DNA of 64,000 nt. Source: Candidatus Beckwithbacteria bacterium GW2011_GWC1_49_16. Its GTDB lineage: Bacteria; Patescibacteriota; Microgenomatia; UBA1400; CG1-02-47-37. The notes under the pieces were generated by a model. That model saw only the letters and a program-made list of their open reading frames with translations. It searched no databases and was not told where the DNA came from. Location of the stretch: positions 581,663 to 645,662 of the forward strand of contig CP011210.1 of NCBI GenBank assembly GCA_001029675.1. The letters run 5' to 3'. The stretch's first letter is position 1. Each line of letters opens with the position of its first letter. Shown one piece after another: positions 57,226 through 64,000 of the stretch. A program made the translations under genes and the position numbers.

Positions 57226-58043
57226 AGTTTGTCATTGTTGGTTTAGGATCGATCGGGAGTAAACACCGGAAAAACTTAGAATCGCTGGGACACCAGGTAG
57301 TCCCCTGCCACCGCGACGACGACCTGGATAAACTGATTGCAGCCAGCCAGCCAGACGGGGTTTTGGTTTGTACTCCAACCAGCCTTCACTTAAAACCGGC
57401 CCTAACCGCTCTCAATCACCGGCTGCCGATATTTATCGAAAAACCCCTTTCCCATAATCTTGACGGAGTCGACCGACTGCGCGGTAAAATTCTGGTTGGC
57501 TACTGTCTTAGGTTTGATAAAAAATTAAGGCAATTAAAACAACAAGTCGATCAGTTGTCGCCGGCTAAAATCAAATCGGTTAAAATCGTTGCCAAAAGCT
57601 GGCTGCCGGACTGGCATCCGGACGAGGATTACCGCCAAAGCTATTCGGCCAAAAAAGCTTTGGGCGGCGGGGTGCTTTTGGATTTGTCGCACGAGATCGA
57701 TTATGCCTTGTGGTTTTTCGGACCGGTGAAAAAAGTTTCTGCCAAGCTCGAGCAAGCGCCGGAGCTTAAAATAGAAACCGAAGCCGTCGCTGACTTAAAT
57801 CTGGAGTTTAATTCAGGAGTTAAGGCAGACATTCACCTTTCCTACGCCAGCCGGGAAAAGGAGCGTTATTGCCAAGTGATCACCGCATCCGAAAGGCTGC
57901 GCTGGGATTTTCAGCCCAATAATGACATGTACTTGGCGGAAATGAAGCATTTTATCGGTGTAGCCACCGGCAAAGAAACACCGCTGGTGACCGCAGCCGA
58001 CGGCCGGAGAGTGCTCGAAGTAATTGAGGCGGCCAAACTATGA
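57222..58043 (+). CDS. Gfo/Idh/MocA family oxidoreductase (PtmF-like)
   Basis: MKFVIVGLGSIGSKH N-terminal Rossmann motif. Confidence 0.65.
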   Translation: MKFVIVGLGSIGSKHRKNLESLGHQVVPCHRDDDLDKLIAASQPDGVLVCTPTSLHLKPALTALNHRLPIFIEKPLSHNLDGVDRLRGKILVGYCLRFDKKLRQLKQQVDQLSPAKIKSVKIVAKSWLPDWHPDEDYRQSYSAKKALGGGVLLDLSHEIDYALWFFGPVKKVSAKLEQAPELKIETEAVADLNLEFNSGVKADIHLSYASREKERYCQVITASERLRWDFQPNNDMYLAEMKHFIGVATGKETPLVTAADGRRVLEVIEAAKL

Positions 58044-58912
58044 AAGGGTCTATCTTGGGTTTTGTGGTGCTGGAGGCAGGAACAACCCTGCTGATGAAAC
58101 AACTCTTGAATTTGGCCATTCACCCTTACTTTGTGGTCTTGGTCAGCGGCCTGGCAGCTTCAGCGCTAATGGCAGTAGCTTTTTGGCGTCAGCCGAGCTT
58201 TAAAAAGGAACTGTTAAATCTTAAAGTGATAAAATCTATCTGGCCGACGGCAGTGTTTATTACTCTAGGCAACTTATTTGGCTTTGCGGCGCTTAAACTA
58301 ACTAGGGCGACCAATTACATCCTTTTGGCCAGAACCAGCGTGCTTTTGAGTCCGATTTTAGCCTGGCTGATATTAAGAGAAAAAGTTAATCATAAAATCT
58401 GGCCCTTGGTGGCAAGCGTGCTTTTGGGCATCTGGCTTTTGACCGGCGACTGGAGGCTGATATTTAACCTATCCGGTGATAGCCTAGCAGCGCTAACGGC
58501 TTTGACGATTTCTTTGGACTTTATCTGGCAAAAACGAGCCATGATTAAAGTTCCCTTAGAATTAATGGCTTTTTGGCGGCGGTTGTTATCGGCAATTTTG
58601 GTGGGAGGCATTTGGCTAGTAACTCCCCAACTGGGACAAACCAGCTTCCACTTTACTGGTTTAGGAGGCATGGCGTTGGGCTTTGCCGGAATGTCATTTT
58701 TTATGGCTCGGGCACTAAAAGTCCAAGCGGTGGCTGAATTTAACTTACTGATAAACTTGTCACCAGTCTTGGTAGGACTATCCGCCTACTTTTTGTTTGG
58801 GGAAAGGTTGAGCGGCGGGCAATTGGTAGGAGCGGCGTTTATTATTGGCTCTTTAGTAACCTTTAACTTGATAAAGAAACAAGAAAGCCTTAAGCTCAAG
58901 GCAAAGAGATGA
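58040..58912 (+). CDS. EamA/DMT family transporter
   Basis: 290 aa, about 10 TM helices in two EamA-like halves. Confidence 0.55.
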   Translation: MKGSILGFVVLEAGTTLLMKQLLNLAIHPYFVVLVSGLAASALMAVAFWRQPSFKKELLNLKVIKSIWPTAVFITLGNLFGFAALKLTRATNYILLARTSVLLSPILAWLILREKVNHKIWPLVASVLLGIWLLTGDWRLIFNLSGDSLAALTALTISLDFIWQKRAMIKVPLELMAFWRRLLSAILVGGIWLVTPQLGQTSFHFTGLGGMALGFAGMSFFMARALKVQAVAEFNLLINLSPVLVGLSAYFLFGERLSGGQLVGAAFIIGSLVTFNLIKKQESLKLKAKR

Positions 58913-59595
58913 TTTTAGGCGTAGTCCCCGCCCGGAGCGGCTCCAAATCGATCAAAGACAAAAACATTAAGCCTTTGGCTGGCAAGCCGCTGATGGCCTG
59001 GTCGATTATGGCCGGCCTGGCTTGTAAAAAAATTGATAAAGTGGTGGTGTCAACCGACAGCGGAGACTACGCCGATGTGGCTAAAAAGCACGGGGCTGAA
59101 GTCTTGATGCGGCCAAGTGAACTGGCCCAAGACGCCACGCCGATGATTCCTGTTTTACAGCACGCGTTTAAGGCTTACGCGCCGGCCGAAACGCTGGTGT
59201 TGCTTGATCCCACCTCCCCTTTACGCCTGGTTGACGATATTGAAGCTTGCTTAACCAAACTGAAGCTGCCGGAAACCGACTCGGTAGTGACGGTAACCGA
59301 GGCCGAACACAATCCTTATTATGTTATGGCCGGAGTTGAGAATGATTATTTAAAATACCCGCTGTTTAAACCTGGTAAAGAAATTCACCGCCGTCAAGAC
59401 GCCCCTAAGGTTTACCGGCTTAACGCGGCGGTTTACGCCATTAAACGAAAAGTTTTGTTAAATGGTAAAATCTTTACAGATAAAACTCGGGCGGTGATCA
59501 TGCCGCAAATCCGCTCGTCTCATATAGACCACGAGGTTGACTACCTCTATGCCGAGTTCCTGTTAAAGTCTGGACATGTCAAACTCGATTTTTAA
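58909..59595 (+). CDS. CMP-nonulosonate synthetase (acylneuraminate cytidylyltransferase family, NeuA/LegF-like)
   Basis: ILGVVPARSGSKSIKDKNIKPLAGKPL N-terminal motif. Confidence 0.8.
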   Translation: MILGVVPARSGSKSIKDKNIKPLAGKPLMAWSIMAGLACKKIDKVVVSTDSGDYADVAKKHGAEVLMRPSELAQDATPMIPVLQHAFKAYAPAETLVLLDPTSPLRLVDDIEACLTKLKLPETDSVVTVTEAEHNPYYVMAGVENDYLKYPLFKPGKEIHRRQDAPKVYRLNAAVYAIKRKVLLNGKIFTDKTRAVIMPQIRSSHIDHEVDYLYAEFLLKSGHVKLDF

Positions 59596-60289
59596 TTTAA
59601 AAGATAAAGTGGTACTGATTACCGGAGCCGCCGGAATTCAAGGACCGGAGCACGTCAAGGCGTTTGAAAGCGTGGGTGCCGAGGTGGTGGCGACCGATAT
59701 CAAAGGCACGGAAATTATTCTGGACGTGACCAGTCCCGATTCGATCAACCAAGCGGTTAAAAAAATCATTGATCAACACGGCTATATCGACGTTTTAGTC
59801 AACAACGCCGGGGCGACCGGAAAATATGCCACTGATTGGGAGCAAATCATTAAAGTTAATTTAACCGGCACCTATAACTGCTGTCACATTATCGGCGCTG
59901 CCATGAACCAAGGCTCGATCATTAACGTTAGCTCAATTTACGGTTTGGTGGGGCCAGACTGGTCTGTTTACGACCAAGCCGAGTATGCCGGAAAACCCAT
60001 GGGCGCGCCTGCCGGTTACGCTGCTTCAAAGGGTGGGGTAATTAGTTTGACTCGCTATTTTGCTTCGCTTTATGCCCCGAAGGTCCGGGTCAACTGCGTC
60101 ACCCCCGGCGGCATTTTTGACAATCAATCTGAAACTTTTGTCAAAAAATATTCGGCCAAAACCATGCTGGGAAGAATGGCCAAAAAAAACGAGGTTTCCG
60201 GGACTCTTCTCTATTTGGCTTCCGATTTGTCCAGCTATGTTACCGGAGAAAACATTGTGGTTGACGGTGGTTTGACGGCCAGGGCATGA
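59576..60289 (+). CDS. SDR family oxidoreductase (PtmA-like)
   Basis: VVLITGAAGIQG glycine-rich motif; YAASK catalytic motif. Confidence 0.75.
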   Translation: MSNSIFNLKDKVVLITGAAGIQGPEHVKAFESVGAEVVATDIKGTEIILDVTSPDSINQAVKKIIDQHGYIDVLVNNAGATGKYATDWEQIIKVNLTGTYNCCHIIGAAMNQGSIINVSSIYGLVGPDWSVYDQAEYAGKPMGAPAGYAASKGGVISLTRYFASLYAPKVRVNCVTPGGIFDNQSETFVKKYSAKTMLGRMAKKNEVSGTLLYLASDLSSYVTGENIVVDGGLTARA

Positions 60290-61851
60290 GAAAAGCAACT
60301 TGGTTGATCGCTTTGTCAGCATTAATCTGGGTGGTGGTGGGAATCTACGGAGTTATTTTTAACATCAGCTATATCGACGAGGCTAAATACTTAATTAAGG
60401 GCTGGCTGATGACCACGGGCCAAGTAAGTTACTATAAAACTCCCGAGTTTTTCTACCAACACATGCCCGGGGTTTTTTTGTGGTATGGCCTGGGACAAAA
60501 AATTTTTGGACCGAGTCTTTTGGTAGGCAGGCTTCAGTCTTTTCTAGTAGGATTGATTGTTTACTATTCTAGTTTTGTTCTGGGTAAACGATTAGCCGGC
60601 TACAAGGGCGGAGTGGTAACATTGCTACTTTTGAGTTTGTCTTCGGTGGCGGCCCTTGACTATTCGGCGGCGGTACCGCAGTCGTTGGTGGTTTTGACTT
60701 TGATTATAGGTTTTGTTTGTCTTTACGATGGCTTGGTAAAGGGGAACGAGCCAAGATTTTTTTGGGCCAGTTTCTGGTTTAGCCTTGCCTTTATCGTCAG
60801 AGAGAACTTTTTGTTTACTTTGATCCTCTATGCTGGCTTGCTGGTTTTTGTTTTTAGAGATAAATTTAAACTTTTTTTAAAACATTTGACGGTGATATTG
60901 ATGACTTTGGGAGTATTTATTATTCCCGGCTATCCCGGAACGGTGGCAGTATTAAAAAATTTTCCGGGAGTGAGTCGATTTTTACCGGTCAGCCAAGCCG
61001 AAAAGCAGGTTTTAGCTCTTTATTGGAAAGAGGGCTTACAAACTCCCGGGCTTCACTTCAGGGCAGTAAGAGAGTTTGGGGTAATTTTCCATGCCTGGGC
61101 AGTGATCTGGTTTTTGATCATTTTTGATTGGTTGAGAAAACCTAAAAAAACACCTGCCAGATTTACCCCAAGGCAGTTGTTTTGGTGGTTTTTAGTGGGA
61201 GCAACGGTTTTTAATTTTATTATCCATAGTTGGGCGGCGTTTAAGTTGTCTCCCAGAGCCATTATCAGTTACTTTTCTTATGTTTCTCCCTTGGTGGCAG
61301 TAATTATGGCGGGAATAATCACTCCCAAGCTTAAAAATTTAAAATTTGAACGCTTGGCTCTAGGCGTTTATCTCGGACTACTTGCCTTGGTGCCAGTAGG
61401 ACCACGCTTTGCCCGAATCTTTGCCATTCCGACCAGAAATCCGGATTTGGTAAAAATTGTCAATTCTGCTTCAAAACTTGAACCGCTGATTGAAGGCAAA
61501 GAAAACATCGTCTGGATCGACGAGCCGATTAGCTTGTATCTGGCTGAAAGAGTGTCTTATTATCCGCTGATACACCATACCGGCTTTTACAAATCATCAA
61601 ACGACACGGAAATTGTCAGGAATTTGGGGTTTTGGAATCAGACGATGCTCAATGGCTGGCTCAAAGAAGCTGATCTGGTGGTAGTGGGAGCTAATAAACT
61701 CAAATTATTAAAGGAGGTTCCTGAAGGCAGAAGTCTGGCCAGTTTTATAGAAGCAAAGCTCAATGAAGATTTTGAGTTGATAGAGGAAAGGGTCGATATT
61801 TGGCCTGGCAAGATGGTATTTTATGAACCAAAAACCTTAGAGCTTGAGTAA
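60286..61851 (+). CDS. GT-C membrane glycosyltransferase with C-terminal soluble domain
   Basis: 521 aa. SYIDEAKYLIKGW DE motif in the first loop. Confidence 0.5.
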   Translation: MRKATWLIALSALIWVVVGIYGVIFNISYIDEAKYLIKGWLMTTGQVSYYKTPEFFYQHMPGVFLWYGLGQKIFGPSLLVGRLQSFLVGLIVYYSSFVLGKRLAGYKGGVVTLLLLSLSSVAALDYSAAVPQSLVVLTLIIGFVCLYDGLVKGNEPRFFWASFWFSLAFIVRENFLFTLILYAGLLVFVFRDKFKLFLKHLTVILMTLGVFIIPGYPGTVAVLKNFPGVSRFLPVSQAEKQVLALYWKEGLQTPGLHFRAVREFGVIFHAWAVIWFLIIFDWLRKPKKTPARFTPRQLFWWFLVGATVFNFIIHSWAAFKLSPRAIISYFSYVSPLVAVIMAGIITPKLKNLKFERLALGVYLGLLALVPVGPRFARIFAIPTRNPDLVKIVNSASKLEPLIEGKENIVWIDEPISLYLAERVSYYPLIHHTGFYKSSNDTEIVRNLGFWNQTMLNGWLKEADLVVVGANKLKLLKEVPEGRSLASFIEAKLNEDFELIEERVDIWPGKMVFYEPKTLELE

Positions 61852-63651
61852 CTTGAGAATCTGGTCTGCGGCAGATCTGCCGGCCACGGGCTTAATATAA
61901 TCAGCCGAAATTCTTTTGGCCTTCTGGAGTTGTTTTTTGGTCTGAGACTGATGTTTGTCTAACAGAATTGATAACCACTTCTTAAGCTGACTCATCTGAT
62001 GCACTTCTATTGCGCCGCCGTCTTTAATTATCGGTAGGAAAAAACCGTAATTTTTTTTAAACGGGTTAATGGAAATCACCGGCCGGTTCATCATAATCGC
62101 TTCAAAGATAGTCATCGACCAGGTTTGGAGGACTACGGAGCAGACGTTGAGCAGATCGATGAGTTCCAGTTGATTATTGTCGGAAACGACGGCGTTGGTT
62201 ATCCTCCATTGTTTAAGCTCTTCTAAAACCCGGTAGCGTTTTTCACTGGGATGGGGCTTGATCACCAACGTCATATTTTTAACCTGAGCTACCGCCGATG
62301 ATGCCAGTTTAAAAAAGGCTTCTTTTTCGGGTTTGGGAATCATATGGCTGGGATTGAAAGAAATAAGCAGGGCGATTTTTTGATCATGGTCTAAACCCAA
62401 AGTTTTAAAAACTTTTTTGGCATCAAGCCGTGAAACAGACTGGCTATAGTTTTCGGTTCGGGGATCGCCAACGACTTTAATTCTTTTTGGGGGCAAACCC
62501 AAATTAACCAACTGACGTTTGATAAACTGGCCGACAACGGTGACCGTTTCGGCGGTATCGTAGGCGTTGATCTGGTCCAAAGCCAATAAAGTATTGGGTG
62601 AGGCTAAAAGCGACCTGGTTCTAGTTGACCGGGCGGCTGAAGCCAAGGCTAGCTCGCAAAACCTAACGTCTGACACCACCACTAGGGCTTTAGGCCTGAC
62701 CGAAACAAACAAGTTTTCGGCAGCGGCCAGATAAAACCGGCTTAAAGTTTGGCCTAAATCAATCATCGGGGAGGCGGCAGCCAACCCCAGATTATATAAA
62801 AAATCGCTCAAGCCGGTGACGGTTTTAAGTCTTTTTGGCAAACTGGTTTTGGGGGGCTTAAAGCCTTTGGGTAAAAAGCTGGCTAAGAAAAAATGATTGG
62901 CCGAGGCCAGCTTAAAGTTTTTCAGAATCGGCTCAAGTCTGGCGGTGTCGTCAACCAGCCAGGGATGGCGATTTTTTTTATCAAGGGCTCGGTAGAGGGG
63001 CGCCAAAGTTTTCAGGTGACGGTAATAGTCAAGGCTAAGCAAAGTGCTAAAGCGAAGCTTTTTGAGGGGCGGAGGGGTAACTCGAGATTGAGATAAAAAT
63101 TGGCGGATTTTTTTACTGTACTGGCGCTTGAGAAAGAATTTTTTAAGCCAGTGGTTGAGCCAAACGAAAGTTAAAAAGTGGCATCTAATAGTTTTGACGC
63201 CTCGGGTTTTTCCCAGAAACCGGGCGGTTTGTTCATGGTAGCTGGAACTCAAGGTGACGATGAAATCTGGTTTAGTTTGAGTTAAAACATCCTGATAGAG
63301 TTGGGCATAAACAAAATACTCATAAGTCAAATAGATGGCCAAACGGCTTTTGAATAAATTGGTTGGCATGCCTTGCAAGAGGCGCTCGGTTACTTTTAGG
63401 TGAAGATTGCGGTTGGCAGCGTAATCAAGCTGAGCCAATTTGTCGCCATAATAAAAGACACTGTCACCCCCCAGCTTAAAAGCGTCAGAGGCGACAATGG
63501 TTAGCTTGAAAAATGGTTTGAGAATGGCGACGGCAAGTTTAAGACGGTTTTTAAGCCAACCGACATAAAAAAACCTAAATAACCTCCCCAAAATCCCGGA
63601 CAAGGTCTGGATTTTGATGATGTCTTCGGTAATAATTAAGACGTGCTTCAT
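61837..63651 (-). CDS. TagF/TagB-family (CDP-glycerol glycerophosphotransferase-like, HP-motif GT-B) transferase
   Basis: LVIKPHPSEK and VVLQTWSMTIFEAIMMNRPVISINP match the Glyphos_transf core (KPHP ... DYSS...kPvI). Confidence 0.5.
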   Translation of the reverse strand: MKHVLIITEDIIKIQTLSGILGRLFRFFYVGWLKNRLKLAVAILKPFFKLTIVASDAFKLGGDSVFYYGDKLAQLDYAANRNLHLKVTERLLQGMPTNLFKSRLAIYLTYEYFVYAQLYQDVLTQTKPDFIVTLSSSYHEQTARFLGKTRGVKTIRCHFLTFVWLNHWLKKFFLKRQYSKKIRQFLSQSRVTPPPLKKLRFSTLLSLDYYRHLKTLAPLYRALDKKNRHPWLVDDTARLEPILKNFKLASANHFFLASFLPKGFKPPKTSLPKRLKTVTGLSDFLYNLGLAAASPMIDLGQTLSRFYLAAAENLFVSVRPKALVVVSDVRFCELALASAARSTRTRSLLASPNTLLALDQINAYDTAETVTVVGQFIKRQLVNLGLPPKRIKVVGDPRTENYSQSVSRLDAKKVFKTLGLDHDQKIALLISFNPSHMIPKPEKEAFFKLASSAVAQVKNMTLVIKPHPSEKRYRVLEELKQWRITNAVVSDNNQLELIDLLNVCSVVLQTWSMTIFEAIMMNRPVISINPFKKNYGFFLPIIKDGGAIEVHQMSQLKKWLSILLDKHQSQTKKQLQKAKRISADYIKPVAGRSAADQILKLLKL

Positions 63652-63671
63652 AGCCTGATTATAGCTTACTT

Positions 63672-64000
63672 ATGAAAACAGTCAGAATTATTCCCAAGCT
63701 GGAAGTTAAAAACGAAAATTTAATTAAAGGGGTTCATTTGGACGGCTTAAGGATCGTGGGTAAGCCCGAAGAGGCTGCTTTAAAGTACGCTGAAACCGGA
63801 GCCGACGAGCTGGTTTACATCGACTTGGTGGCGAGTCTTTACCAACGAGACAATTGGATCAAAATAGTTAAAAGAACGGCTGAAAAAATTTATATCCCCT
63901 TGACTGTAGGCGGAGGGATTAGATCAGTTGACGACGCCAAGCTTTTTTTGCGGGCGGGAGCCGACAAAGTAGCCATCAATACCGGCATTGTCAAAAGGCC
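63672..64000 (+). CDS. HisF-like cyclase subunit homolog (imidazole glycerol phosphate synthase family), 5' portion; the gene runs off the right edge of the window
   Basis: MKTVRIIPKLEVKNENLIKGVHLDGLRIVGKPEEAALKY...PLTVGGGIRSVDDAKLFLRAGADKVAINT is nearly collinear with HisF. Confidence 0.65.
   Translation, partial: MKTVRIIPKLEVKNENLIKGVHLDGLRIVGKPEEAALKYAETGADELVYIDLVASLYQRDNWIKIVKRTAEKIYIPLTVGGGIRSVDDAKLFLRAGADKVAINTGIVKR

Noticed and set aside
1-64000. Search for CRISPR arrays, tRNA/rRNA genes, integrases or transposases
   Set aside because: None found. Nearly all sequence is accounted for by protein-coding genes. The only repeats are the ~56-bp direct repeat and the heptanucleotide arrays reported above.

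Overview
The window is one dense, almost gap-free cell-surface glycan biosynthesis island. I call about 60 genes in 64 kb, with no rRNA, tRNA or CRISPR. Many neighbouring genes overlap by 4 to 20 nt, and convergent gene pairs often overlap their stop codons. Divergent intergenic regions are only 17-45 bp and carry TATAAT-like boxes immediately upstream of the start codons. The content is dominated by four groups.

(i) Glycosyltransferases: GT4/GT-B, GT2 and polyprenol-phosphate GT2 (ArnC/GtrB/DPM1-like), at least six ArnT/PMT-like GT-C membrane glycosyltransferases with the N-terminal DE motif, two DUF2142 proteins and a YfhO-like protein.

(ii) Nucleotide-sugar enzymes: a UXS/ArnA-like UDP-glucuronate decarboxylase, a UDP-GlcA 4-epimerase, three DegT aminotransferases plus one DegT homolog whose PLP lysine is replaced by histidine (ColD/E1-like 3-dehydratase), a GDP-fucose-synthase-like reductase, and a complete legionaminic-acid-type nonulosonic acid pathway (NeuB-, NeuC-, PseB/CapD-, DegT-, LbH-acetyltransferase-, Gfo/Idh/MocA-, SDR- and CMP-synthetase-like genes) with HisF-like and asparagine-synthase-like amidotransferases.

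(iii) Export and polymer functions: a Wzx-like flippase, a Wzm/Wzt ABC exporter, a TagF-like HP-motif transferase, an AT3 O-acyltransferase, a hexapeptide acetyltransferase and four SAM methyltransferases.

(iv) Unusual components: three CotH (Fam20-like atypical kinase) paralogs, one of them in an operon with a VTC/CYTH-like domain protein and a DUF4956 membrane protein; a membrane-anchored transglutaminase-like protein; and a two-gene nucleotidyltransferase (MNT) cassette flanked by an imperfect ~56-bp direct repeat that duplicates the 3' end of a GT-C gene.

A roughly 9-kb block (about 20.2-29.6 kb) looks AT-richer than its flanks. The architecture (many ArnT-like GT-Cs, extreme compaction) fits an uncultivated, possibly Patescibacteria-like bacterium, but that is only an impression.

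Coordinates follow the supplied ORF track. My own base counting drifted by 1 nt in places, so the repeats and motifs I located by hand are accurate to about +/-2 nt.
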